Assembly: GCA_037310415.1 (NCBI GenBank)
Contig: CP147780.1
Coordinates: 1,888,001-1,952,000, forward strand
Direction: 5' to 3'
DNA: 64,000 bases
Origin: Candidatus Atabeyarchaeum deiterrae
Lineage (GTDB): Archaea > Asgardarchaeota > Atabeyarchaeia > Atabeyarchaeales > Atabeyarchaeaceae
In this document: piece by piece, positions 1 through 9,479 of the stretch
Layout of the letters: each line of letters begins with the position of its first letter
Numbering within the stretch: the first letter of the stretch is position 1
Translations under genes and position numbers: made by a program
The notes under the pieces: model-generated
What the model was told of the DNA's origin: nothing
The model's input: the letters and a program-made list of their open reading frames with translations, nothing else
Databases searched by the model: none

Positions 1-1
1 C

Positions 2-322
2 ATTGGGGTATCAGCAGGTCGGCTGACTGCAGAGGAATCGGTTTTGCTTACAGACGAAGTCGTCGGAAGAATCGAGGAAGCATTAGGGCGCCGTATAGCT
101 GAGACAACTCAGGGAAAAGTATCTAGCTCCCTGATGAACATGACGATAGATGAATACTCAGGTGAGCTACCTAAGGTTGTCCAAGTGAGCGAGATTGAAG
201 AGAAATATGCTAAGAACTCAAGTATGGTCGCAGCCGAGATTCAGCGCCTGATAAAACTGGGCTACCAAGTGACGTTTGATCAGCTAAGGGGGAGACTGTT
301 AGTCGCCCGAGGAAGAGCATAG
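2..322 (+). CDS. C-terminal part of a hypothetical protein (runs off the window start), upstream of nurA
   Basis: Frame is open from position 2 to TAG at 320-322. No Rad50 ABC-signature/Walker B motifs in the visible C-terminus. Confidence 0.6.
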   Translation: MGVSAGRLTAEESVLLTDEVVGRIEEALGRRIAETTQGKVSSSLMNMTIDEYSGELPKVVQVSEIEEKYAKNSSMVAAEIQRLIKLGYQVTFDQLRGRLLVARGRA

Positions 323-377
323 CTGGCTGAAATACGCGAGAACTCGGTCTTTTTTGGTGTGGAGGATTCGATCGCTG

Positions 378-1577
378 ATGTCATTGCCGTTTCGAGCCAT
401 TAGGGAGAAACTCGAGAGGATACCGAGCTTGCTGCCTGCATCTTCGCTGGCTGAGCTAAGCGACTTGCGTTTCAATCAACAATATGCACCTGGGGAGCTT
501 GAGCCCATCGAATCCCTCGATCCTCTTAGAGGCATTCCAGTCACTTTGGATCACAAAGTGATGCGCGGAAGAAGCGCAGTGAGCATCGATGGTGGGAGCA
601 ATTTCTGGACGCTCCCTCTCGGGACACTTCTTCTCGGTCGCTCCGGTGCAGCAAAGCGTTCCTTCCTCGGAGCCAGTAGTCCGCCCGTGCAATACCTCGA
701 GGGTTGTGAGCGATATCCGCCTTTCTTCCTTTATTACTCTAAGCTCCTGTTCAATAATGTTGAAGGGTTTGTTAGTGGGGACGTTGAAGAACTAAAATCC
801 TTGGTAAGGGACAGCGTTGACCCGTTCGACATTGGGAGTTTCATCAATCTTCTAAGAACATATGCTGAGAATGAGACTACGTTGGAAGCTTTAAATCATC
901 TCGGGAGGGAAGGAGTACTCGTTAGAGATGGCAACCTATACGGGCCCAGGACAAGGTGGGATGCGGATCCGACACACTGCATGTCTTCATCATACCAGCA
1001 GATCTCAGAGATCGAGGACAAGTACTATGACGTTTTCTTGAACGAAGACGCCGTTTTGCTGGGCATCGTCAAGAGGCCGTCAGTCAATCTCGTTGTCGAG
1101 CTTCTTCGAAGGAACCTCGACGAGAAGTTTGAGTTGGGATACCCCACCGACTGTTCCCTCTATGCATACAAGTTGAAGGCTGGAGAGCGAAGTATAGCTT
1201 TTTATCATCGCCCCTCCAGAGTATTTGGCGCGACTTCATATTCAAGTCCAATTTCATACGTCTTCTTCTACTACAAGCCAACCAAATGGGCTGCTCCTTT
1301 CAGAGTCGAGACTCCCGCGTACTGTTGGGAACGCTGGGGAATGCGCGAAGACTTCATTCCCAGAGCGGTCCATATGATGAGTCTCGCCTCGGCTGCGGAA
1401 GGAGTTCCCCAGCCATTGATGTGTATTCATAGGATGGTTCGCGTTGAGCGATCCACATTGCTTATACACTTGAGGCGTCTAGTATCGGAGTGGATCAAGA
1501 ACAGAGGAGTCGAGGATGCTCGGCTCAGCCTGGGCTACTTGACGTCTCAGTACTTTGTTGGGAGTGAAATAAGCTGA
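378..1577 (+). CDS. nurA: NurA-family 5'-3' nuclease
   Basis: SIDGGS and VLVRDGNL acidic motifs, GIVKRP, PFRVE, GVPQPLMCIH (GYPxxL..aH-like). GGAGG at 361 upstream of ATG 378. Stop overlaps the herA start (TGATG). Confidence 0.8.
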   Translation: MSLPFRAIREKLERIPSLLPASSLAELSDLRFNQQYAPGELEPIESLDPLRGIPVTLDHKVMRGRSAVSIDGGSNFWTLPLGTLLLGRSGAAKRSFLGASSPPVQYLEGCERYPPFFLYYSKLLFNNVEGFVSGDVEELKSLVRDSVDPFDIGSFINLLRTYAENETTLEALNHLGREGVLVRDGNLYGPRTRWDADPTHCMSSSYQQISEIEDKYYDVFLNEDAVLLGIVKRPSVNLVVELLRRNLDEKFELGYPTDCSLYAYKLKAGERSIAFYHRPSRVFGATSYSSPISYVFFYYKPTKWAAPFRVETPAYCWERWGMREDFIPRAVHMMSLASAAEGVPQPLMCIHRMVRVERSTLLIHLRRLVSEWIKNRGVEDARLSLGYLTSQYFVGSEIS

Positions 1578-3406
1578 TGAAGAAGACTGACGCCAATGAG
1601 CGTAGAAGAGACCACTCTGACAATTCTTTGAACCCTCGTGTAGCGCCAACTCCTCACTCTGCTTCTTCAATGCAACTGAAGAGTGAGAAAGTGAAAACCG
1701 AAAATGATACGGCTGCGCTGTCGGAGCGGGCTAACGTTAATGAAGGAAGGGAATTTGTTGGAGTTGTTGCCGGCGGGTTTGAGGATCCAATAGAAACTGA
1801 AATGTTCAAGGTTATCGTTCCTTCCATGTCAAAGAGAAGAATAGTCGGAGACCTCAAGATTGACACAATAGTAAGGGTAGATGCAATGGACGACACGAGG
1901 ACACCTGTGCTCGGAAAAATCAAACGAATTGTAATCCAGCCCGGTTTGTCTTACAAGAGCGCAAAGGACATGGCCATGGTTCCATACTATGGCGAAGGAA
2001 GCGAACATGATGTCACTTGGAGGGAAGATTCCGAGATATTGGAAGTTGAGTCTCTGGGGCAGCTCGTAGGTAGACGCGTCGTGGGACCGCTTAGGCCGCC
2101 GGAACGAGAAAGTCCAGTCTACCTTGCGAATGCTGATGACATTAAGACTGCGCTTATCGTCGAGCAGCCGCATGAAAGAGTCTCAATTCCTCTCGGTCTT
2201 TATGCCAACCCTGAGTCCGTGTATAGACCTTATGTTGTCATAGATTTGCCGCTCGACGCGATATGGTACCACGGCATCATAGTCGGAGCAACAGGAGGCG
2301 GAAAATCAAACACTATCGCCGCCCTCGACAAGGTTCTAAGCGACAATGGCTTGGCAGTAGTTCAGTTCAATGTCAAAGGAAGCGAATTTCTATACCTAGA
2401 TCAACCCTGCCCATCAGATGTCACGGATGCCAACTTCCAGAGAACACCGTCTGGCGGAGCCGTATGGAACGCACTGGGCATCAGTCCGGAAGGGGTACTA
2501 GATTTCAAACTCTATGTGCTGAAAGGGAGAGAGTGCAATCGTAAGGATGGCATGACGAATAGCTTCGACTTGGAACTTGAGGTTCTCGGCGACAGTTACC
2601 TTGAACAAATACTCAAAGACAGAGTGTCAGGCATGGGAATAGACTCTTTCATCCACGCCAAGGACATAATAAAGTACAACCTCGAAAGAGAGGGAAGAAG
2701 CTATAACCTTAGAGAAATAACTCGGTTCCTCTCAATTCTCATAAGAACAGCGGAGCAATCCAAGGATCAGGAGATAAAAATACCTGGACCGACAAGTTCG
2801 GCCGGAATTCACATTCAGACAGCAAAGAGCATTCTAAGAGGTCTGGAGCAACTTCTTCTCATGGACCTCTTCGATGATCCGAGTGTCCCGACCATACCGA
2901 TTGATGAGCTCGTCAAACCCGGACGAGTGTCCGTGATAGATGTCGCTCCGCTCTCAAGGGATGCACAGGAGGTAACTGTTTCCTATGTCTTGTGGGCTCT
3001 GTACGATCACATACATAAACTTCATTCTTTTGGAAGGAACTATCCGCCAACCGTTGTGATAATAGATGAAGCGTGGAAGATACTCAAGGATGAGGCAACA
3101 ATTCAAGGAGTCGAGCGGATCGCTCGCCAGGGCAGATCCCTCAGATTCGGCTTGTTCTTCGCTTCTCAAAATCTGCCTGGTCTTGAAGCAAAGCATGTGT
3201 TAGGGCAATGCCACTCAATGATAATCCACAGAATGGGAGAAGACTTTGACAAACTCAGAGAACTCGTTCCTCACTTCGACCAAAGAGATGTAGCGCGCTT
3301 GTCGAACCTGCCAACGGGTCTGGCGTACGTTTGGAACAAGCAATACTACAGGTTTCCTATATCAGCGCAAATACCACTGGCGCCTTGCAGACATGCTACT
3401 GACTGA
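1577..3406 (+). CDS. herA: HerA/FtsK-family ATPase (HAS-barrel-like N-terminus)
   Basis: Walker A GATGGGKS preceded by HGIIVG, Walker B VIIDEAW, RQGRS arginine finger, ASQ motif. Translationally coupled to nurA. Confidence 0.85.
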   Translation: MKKTDANERRRDHSDNSLNPRVAPTPHSASSMQLKSEKVKTENDTAALSERANVNEGREFVGVVAGGFEDPIETEMFKVIVPSMSKRRIVGDLKIDTIVRVDAMDDTRTPVLGKIKRIVIQPGLSYKSAKDMAMVPYYGEGSEHDVTWREDSEILEVESLGQLVGRRVVGPLRPPERESPVYLANADDIKTALIVEQPHERVSIPLGLYANPESVYRPYVVIDLPLDAIWYHGIIVGATGGGKSNTIAALDKVLSDNGLAVVQFNVKGSEFLYLDQPCPSDVTDANFQRTPSGGAVWNALGISPEGVLDFKLYVLKGRECNRKDGMTNSFDLELEVLGDSYLEQILKDRVSGMGIDSFIHAKDIIKYNLEREGRSYNLREITRFLSILIRTAEQSKDQEIKIPGPTSSAGIHIQTAKSILRGLEQLLLMDLFDDPSVPTIPIDELVKPGRVSVIDVAPLSRDAQEVTVSYVLWALYDHIHKLHSFGRNYPPTVVIIDEAWKILKDEATIQGVERIARQGRSLRFGLFFASQNLPGLEAKHVLGQCHSMIIHRMGEDFDKLRELVPHFDQRDVARLSNLPTGLAYVWNKQYYRFPISAQIPLAPCRHATD

Positions 3407-3527
3407 GTTCATCTCGATGCGCATTCTTGGGGAAAAGCTATAAAGAGAAAAGGTTACCGCCTAGCGTTGGAGAACGGTTCTTTCCTCACATTATGTCAAG
3501 ATTCTATCGAAGAGGTCGCCTCAAGAA

Positions 3528-4214
3528 ATGAAAAGTGATTTCACGGTTAAGTGGTTGCGTCGCACAGCGATAGCAAGCTACTCCGTGGGTGTTTACACAT
3601 TCATCAGTGCTGCAGCAGTGTACGTCATGGCATCGTCAATCGCGAGTGCAATTGTCTATGGTGGTATGACCTTTCAGCAGGCAGTTGAACCAATGATTCC
3701 CCAGCTGACTATTGTCGACGCAGTTGGGACGGCGACCTGGCTGATCTTTGCTTTGGGACTAATGAAGATCGGTCAGTCCCATGGGTCTTCCCTTGTCCAG
3801 CTGACAGGTTTTCTCTTGATGATCTCACCTATTCTCACGGTGGCATTGGCACCACTGTCGCTTTCGTCGACGACCCTGTCAATTGTTGGAGGAACAATTG
3901 TTCAAACCGTAGATCCGTTTGCCGCCGCGGTCAATTCACTAAAGGATCTTGTCACTCTTGTCGCCTACATCATGTTGGTTGTTAGTGCCTTCATCATGAA
4001 TGGGAAGAGCGGCATTGGTGCGTATAATGTTGCAGGTTTCGTAGTGATTATCGGGCTATTCGTCGGATTTGTCGTGCCGATTGGGATTATCATCCTAGGC
4101 ATAGCTCTTAGTTTAGATGCGTCGAAGAGAAAAGCCGAACTCACACCTCACTTGAATGAAGCGGACGAAGACAGGAAGAACCAGCTCCTAAGTCGTGGTA
4201 TGATGAAGCCATGA
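3528..4214 (+). CDS. Multi-pass membrane protein (paralog of 4399 and 35571)
   Basis: About 5 hydrophobic segments; GAGGT upstream. Confidence 0.7.
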   Translation: MKSDFTVKWLRRTAIASYSVGVYTFISAAAVYVMASSIASAIVYGGMTFQQAVEPMIPQLTIVDAVGTATWLIFALGLMKIGQSHGSSLVQLTGFLLMISPILTVALAPLSLSSTTLSIVGGTIVQTVDPFAAAVNSLKDLVTLVAYIMLVVSAFIMNGKSGIGAYNVAGFVVIIGLFVGFVVPIGIIILGIALSLDASKRKAELTPHLNEADEDRKNQLLSRGMMKP

Positions 4215-4398
4215 CTATTGCCCGCACTATGAAGGCAGATTCTGCCCAGGGAAAGAACTTATTCGTGATATGAAGCAAGCCCCGGCAAACAATAAGAACG
4301 GTCACCAATCCTTCTCGATCAGGCACTCAGGAAAGGTTATTCATTCAACCGCCCTCCATCTCTTGTAAAGGAGAAAAAAGGGCGAAAATCGAGATTCG

Positions 4399-5280
4399 AT
4401 GTCAGAAAGAGATATATCAATAGCAACTTTACGGGATATGACTGTAACAACCCTAATAGTACATTCCACACCTACCTCATCGGGTGCTAGAAGCGTAAGG
4501 AACCAGCGAACGGAGCTGAGTATACTGCCTCAGAAAACAAAACAGACAAGTGCCGACAACTTCCTGAAGATCGCAGCTGCATTTATAATTCTCTTTAGTG
4601 CGTACATGATAATTGAATTTGTCACTTCTTCTGTCTTAACCCTCTCACTGTCATCATCACTTGTCTACTCGGGAATGACAATGGCTCAAGCATTGCAGTC
4701 TGGTCTGCTTGTTGTTGTCCTGCTCGCTAGCATCGAGGCTGTGTTCTTCATATTGTTCGGTTATGTTTGTTTCAAGCTCGGTGACCGATACGACATTGGG
4801 TCGTTCAAGTTCATGGCGATAATCTGGATCGGCCTATCTGTAGGAACACTCATTCTGTTGCCTTTTTTCGCTCCGATTTCAATAGTTAATAGTTCGTTAC
4901 TTACGGCTGGTACCTCTTTCTCATTTCAATATCGCGTGTATTTCTTGCCTATATTGTATGCCTTGCTGGGCGCATTTGCTTGGTTCATGTGTGTGATGGG
5001 AGTTTCAGCTATGAAGAAAACTCGGACTGCTAAAGCCCTCCGGTATGCTGTGATCATATTGACGCTCGTGGGGATCATATTCTCATTGGTGGTTCCTGTT
5101 GCCCTGATGATATTCGCTGTTGCCCTATTGAAGTTAGCACAAGCTGAGGAAGAGAGAACTTCAGGCAGAGTAGGGAGACAGACATCTGGAATCTTGACAA
5201 GTCGCTTTCCTAACCCGGTCGACGCCGAACAGGCTTCGGACAGGAAACATAAGCAACGAGACGAGCATACAGAAGAATGA
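4399..5280 (+). CDS. Multi-pass membrane protein; true start may be near 4522
   Basis: About 5 TM segments; KLGDRYDIGS loop resembles KIGQSHGSS (3528) and KVGQAYEIGS (35571). Confidence 0.7.
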   Translation: MSERDISIATLRDMTVTTLIVHSTPTSSGARSVRNQRTELSILPQKTKQTSADNFLKIAAAFIILFSAYMIIEFVTSSVLTLSLSSSLVYSGMTMAQALQSGLLVVVLLASIEAVFFILFGYVCFKLGDRYDIGSFKFMAIIWIGLSVGTLILLPFFAPISIVNSSLLTAGTSFSFQYRVYFLPILYALLGAFAWFMCVMGVSAMKKTRTAKALRYAVIILTLVGIIFSLVVPVALMIFAVALLKLAQAEEERTSGRVGRQTSGILTSRFPNPVDAEQASDRKHKQRDEHTEE

Positions 5281-5647
5281 GGAAATTCGGCGAAAAAATC
5301 CATCTGCATTATTCCCCTTGATGAAAGTCCTTTTCGTTGGAGCTACCTACTGTGAGATCGGAGCGGCGAACGCTGATCGTCCAAAAAGGGAATTCAGAAG
5401 CGGATGCGAACGTCGGTAATGGATATACCGTCTGTGAAACGAAGAAATGGATGTACATTTATGAAATTGAAAACGCTTAAATGGAAGTAGCCAACACTAA
5501 CTATAATCTGACAATTCTTGTCACTCGGCAGTGACTCTCTGGAAAACCAGACTGAAAACGTTTTGTCGCGATCATTCAGTATCTCGTGTGGTTGCTACCC
5601 ACACCCTTTGAATTGCGGGAACCGTGGGCACGGGAGGCGTCTTAGCT

Positions 5648-6700
5648 GTGTCGGATGACTTTAGTCGGAAACAACGGCTTGTTAAGGATATTGAGGTAAG
5701 CGGGGACCTCAGCGTGTCAGATTTGGTGGAGCGGCTAGGCGAAACATCATATAATGCGAGAAAACTTTTCGAGGCTGCGGATATCTGGCTTGACGCTGTG
5801 AAAGCCAAGACTCGCATCTACTTTACCTTGGCTGGAGCCATGACACCAGCAGGGATGCGTAGGGTTATAGCTCAAGCTATTGAGAACAAGTTCATTCATG
5901 TCCTCGCAACAACCGGTGCAAACATGGTTCACGATGCAATTAAGGGCAGATTTCAGGCCCACATGATTGGAACAGAGAACGCTGATGACGCGAAACTCTT
6001 TAAGGAGAGACTCTTCAGGATATATGACATCTTCCTCTCGAATGATAGGTGGGCCGAATTTGGAGATTGGCTTGACAGCACATTCTTCCCTAGCTTCTTG
6101 AAAGAGAAAGGTGGAGCCAGGGGAAAACCTGCCAAAGGCGCTAAGCCCAATCCGGGAAATAAGGAATATGAGGAAGTTAGAATCACTCCGACGCAGTTCT
6201 TTGAGAAGCTTGGAAAAGAACTGTTGGATGGAAATGACAACGGAGTCTTGGCAGCCGCATGCAAACACAAGGTTCCAGTCTACTGCCCGGCGTTCGTGGA
6301 CTGCGACTATGGTATCCGTCTTCATTTCGCGAATCTGGAGGTTCTCCAGCCAAAGTACAATTCCAGATTGATGGTAGATATGGTAGCTGAGTACGACAAG
6401 CTCTTTGAAGATATGCAGACTCACAAAAACAGGGCGATCATTATAGTCGGAGGAGGAACGCCTAAGAATTTTGTGCTGCAGACCTCAATGGCGTTACCTG
6501 ACATAGATTATTGTGGATTCAAGTTTGCTGCACAGGTAACGACTGATGCCCCACAATGGGGAGGACTATCTGGAGCAACGCTTAGAGAAGCTATGAGCTG
6601 GGGTAAAATAAAAGAAGAGGCTAGGACAGCAATCTGTTATAGTGACGCCACAGTTGCGTTGCCTTTGATGGTAGCCTACATGATGGCAAAAATGAAATGA
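5648..6700 (+). CDS. dys: Deoxyhypusine synthase
   Basis: LAGAMTPAG, TTGANMVHD, GGGTPKN, GGLSGAT..EAMSWGK (active-site Lys), DAT.ALP. GGGAGG upstream of GTG 5648. Confidence 0.93.
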   Translation: MSDDFSRKQRLVKDIEVSGDLSVSDLVERLGETSYNARKLFEAADIWLDAVKAKTRIYFTLAGAMTPAGMRRVIAQAIENKFIHVLATTGANMVHDAIKGRFQAHMIGTENADDAKLFKERLFRIYDIFLSNDRWAEFGDWLDSTFFPSFLKEKGGARGKPAKGAKPNPGNKEYEEVRITPTQFFEKLGKELLDGNDNGVLAAACKHKVPVYCPAFVDCDYGIRLHFANLEVLQPKYNSRLMVDMVAEYDKLFEDMQTHKNRAIIIVGGGTPKNFVLQTSMALPDIDYCGFKFAAQVTTDAPQWGGLSGATLREAMSWGKIKEEARTAICYSDATVALPLMVAYMMAKMK

Positions 6701-6718
6701 GGATTCAGAGCAGTTTAT

Positions 6719-7306
6719 TCACGTCTTTGCAGAAGCCAATTTCTTTTTTTTGGCTTCTTCTATCTCTTCCTCTTCTATCCTGAATGTCTCTGGTTCTTCG
6801 ATCTTTAGGATGTTTTTCAGTGCATTCTGATCCAAGTCGACTATGAGCCTCCGTATCTCCTTCTTCGCAGAGATTCTGTGCTTTCTCAGGACATCGTTCT
6901 CGTTGCGCGTCTTGTACATTTTGCTTGCGAGTGAGCAAATGGTTTCGAGCTTAAGATAGTATTCGAGCCTTTTTGTTTTCGGATTGATGTCGAAAGTGAT
7001 GGGACCAGCAACACAGGTCTCAGGTTTAACTTGATGTATTCTGCAAAGCTTTGTGTTCTTGTCGTAGAAGGTGCAGAAACCGTCGAAGGTTTCCCTAGGA
7101 TGAGTATAGCCGTGTTCGTCGTTAAAGTACGGCGGATCGACTTCCTTTAATCGATGGCTTTTCAGGTAGTCCTCTATGGTTTTTCTTCGGGTGGATGAGA
7201 CGGGTGGCCTTGCATCTTTGCAGCAACTGGCCTTGCATTGACCGCAGACGTCGAAGAAATTGTCTTGCCGTTGACTTTCCTTCGAATCGCTCATATGATC
7301 TTCCAC
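6719..7306 (-). CDS. YkgJ-family cysteine-cluster (putative Fe-S/Zn) protein
   Basis: CGQCKASCC ... CTFYD ... LCRIHQVKPETCVAGP pattern. Confidence 0.8.
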   Translation of the reverse strand: MEDHMSDSKESQRQDNFFDVCGQCKASCCKDARPPVSSTRRKTIEDYLKSHRLKEVDPPYFNDEHGYTHPRETFDGFCTFYDKNTKLCRIHQVKPETCVAGPITFDINPKTKRLEYYLKLETICSLASKMYKTRNENDVLRKHRISAKKEIRRLIVDLDQNALKNILKIEEPETFRIEEEEIEEAKKKKLASAKT

Positions 7307-7319
7307 CTTTGGTTGCCCC

Positions 7320-8522
7320 TCAAAAATAGGGTGTGTTCTTTTGCAGGGCCTTGCTCAGATCGAGATACGTGCTTATTATAGCCTCATGTGTCTCAGCTTT
7401 TTGGGATTTCTGTTGTACTTTTCTGACTATCACTTCAGAGAGATTGCCTTCTTCTATCCTCCTCTTGACGAGCGGAAGGTACTCGTTGTCTTCGTCTGAG
7501 GCGTGCTTAGAGGCCAATCCGTATAGATAATTACAAACATCTCTGGCAGTTGGACCCTTAGGGTGTGCGACAATCGCTTTTCGTCCTTCTCTTATCACTG
7601 AGTTGAAGTCCTTCACAAGTGATTCGTGAGGCAGGAGTTTGGCATCTTGCTCATAGTTGTCGATTAAGCCTTTTGCTGCGCCTCTGATGAAGCAACTGAG
7701 AGCTACGTCAGATCTTATGCATTCCTGTTCATCGATGATTCTTATCTCGACTGCTCTACGATCGAATCTCAGCGTGATGCCCCTAGCATTGATCCAGTCT
7801 TTGTAAAGTACTGATTTGCTCGCTTTTGCTTTCGCAAGATCCGCAGAGTACTTACCGACAATCTTCTTGCGATATTCTTCGATAGACTGAATGTACTCTG
7901 GAATAACATCTCCCGCTATTGACGGAACCTCTTTCTGAATGAGTTTATAGAAATACATCCTATTGTCAACAAAGTCTCCAAATCTGCCCTCGCAAATGGG
8001 TGAGGATGCGCTGATTGCAGGTAAATATGGAATCATGTTTGCCAGAACATTGTGCACGGTCGCGGCTCTTTTTCGTCCTCCATAAGGGAGGTTGAGCTGG
8101 AAGGCTTGAATATTCAGCCAACCATGTTGCCTCATGTTGAAGATGGACTGGAAAACTCTGTAGATGCTTGTATGCCGATGGGGCCAGATCGCAGTCTCTG
8201 ACAAGTCAAGGAGCGGATGCATGCCTGAGCCGAGAAGAGAGGCACCATACTTGGATTTCAAGTATTCTGATGTGAATGCAACGGCTTCACTCAAGTTCTC
8301 CTCGAACAATCTGGGTGAGCGGAATGGTTTTTTTGATTTAAGTTCGAGAACATGCATTTGCAGCTCTTTGCCTATCGCGAATCTGGGGTATTCAATCGTA
8401 TTGACTACCCGACCGTGCAAACCCTTCATTATCTTGTCTGTAATCGGGAGAGCGTGTAGATGTTCGTCGATGATTGAGAACTCATGTTCGGGTCCGAGAA
8501 CTTCGAAGGGTTTGTACGTGAT
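7320..8522 (-). CDS. Glutamate--cysteine ligase family 2 (GCS2, carboxylate-amine ligase); probable non-canonical ATC start
   Basis: LGPEHEF (upstream of the tracked ATG), ELQMHVLELK, GSGMHP, NIQAFQLN, SASSP, R..AVEIRIID motifs. Confidence 0.85.
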   Translation of the reverse strand: MTYKPFEVLGPEHEFSIIDEHLHALPITDKIMKGLHGRVVNTIEYPRFAIGKELQMHVLELKSKKPFRSPRLFEENLSEAVAFTSEYLKSKYGASLLGSGMHPLLDLSETAIWPHRHTSIYRVFQSIFNMRQHGWLNIQAFQLNLPYGGRKRAATVHNVLANMIPYLPAISASSPICEGRFGDFVDNRMYFYKLIQKEVPSIAGDVIPEYIQSIEEYRKKIVGKYSADLAKAKASKSVLYKDWINARGITLRFDRRAVEIRIIDEQECIRSDVALSCFIRGAAKGLIDNYEQDAKLLPHESLVKDFNSVIREGRKAIVAHPKGPTARDVCNYLYGLASKHASDEDNEYLPLVKRRIEEGNLSEVIVRKVQQKSQKAETHEAIISTYLDLSKALQKNTPYF

Positions 8523-8585
8523 AGATCACCCTCACTGCTTTCATGGCAAGTAGAACATCAAAATTAAGTTGACGGGTTGGCGCAG

Positions 8586-9479
8586 CTAGCTAGCTAAGTA
8601 GTCAATTATCTTGGCGTAGACGTCTCTGTCGTAATAGTCTTCGTATCCGGCGTTGATGCTTGGGTTGTCATTAACCTCGACCACAATATAGTCTCCGTTG
8701 ATCTCTTTTATGTCTACCCCGAACAATCCTTTCCCGATAGATGCACATGCATTAAGCGCGACTTCCTTGAGTTTCTCAGGCGCATTCTCCTTTTTAACTG
8801 CGAAAGCGTCTCCCCAAATGTAACTCTTCTTTCCTTTACGCTTAGATCCGTGCTTCCATTTACCTTTGATCATGTTGTACTTGCAGACGTATAAGACCTG
8901 ATTATCCAGCACTCCTACTCTCCAGTCGAAAGTTGTTGGCATGAATTTCTGAACTACTATTGCATCCGATCTTCTGAAGAACCTCTTTGCTACCATCCTG
9001 AATCCCGTCTGGCTTGCAACTTTTTCGACATACTTTGAGAAGCTTGTGTACGGCGCTTTCAAAACCAGTGGAGAGCCGAACAACTCGAACAGGTACTTGA
9101 TGTTTCTGCTGTGCAGATCCTGCTTGGTAAAGATCACAGTCGGTATGTAAGGAACACCACCTCTTTCGAGGTGACCGTACATGTCTATCTTGTTGGCACA
9201 TACCTCGATTGACTTCGGTGCATCCACGACTTTTAGTCCGTTTTCAGAAGCTAGCCTTGACACCATGTAAGCAGTGTACGTTGGATCAGTTGTTGCTCTG
9301 ATGAATAGCGCATCGTACCCAGTTATCTTGGAGATATCCTTCTTGAATATGAAATTGAATTTGTGGCCCCGTCTCTCTGCAGTCATTTTGAATTTATTGA
9401 GAGCATCGGCTTCATCTTTGCGAAGGAAGTTGTAGGTCTCAACGAAACAGGCGATCTTCTTGGACCCGTTATTGGACAT
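8586..9479 (-). CDS. RimK-family ATP-grasp ligase
   Basis: DALFIRATT, PLVLKAP, VQKFMPTTFDWRVGVL, GVDIKE, EVNDNPS. GGAGG upstream of ATG 9479. Confidence 0.9.
   Translation of the reverse strand: MSNNGSKKIACFVETYNFLRKDEADALNKFKMTAERRGHKFNFIFKKDISKITGYDALFIRATTDPTYTAYMVSRLASENGLKVVDAPKSIEVCANKIDMYGHLERGGVPYIPTVIFTKQDLHSRNIKYLFELFGSPLVLKAPYTSFSKYVEKVASQTGFRMVAKRFFRRSDAIVVQKFMPTTFDWRVGVLDNQVLYVCKYNMIKGKWKHGSKRKGKKSYIWGDAFAVKKENAPEKLKEVALNACASIGKGLFGVDIKEINGDYIVVEVNDNPSINAGYEDYYDRDVYAKIIDYLAS

Noticed and set aside
5747-6424. Long antisense ORFs (also 33239-33712, 43806-44273, 48482-48952, 54153-54647)
   Set aside because: They shadow well-supported genes on the opposite strand and carry no motifs.
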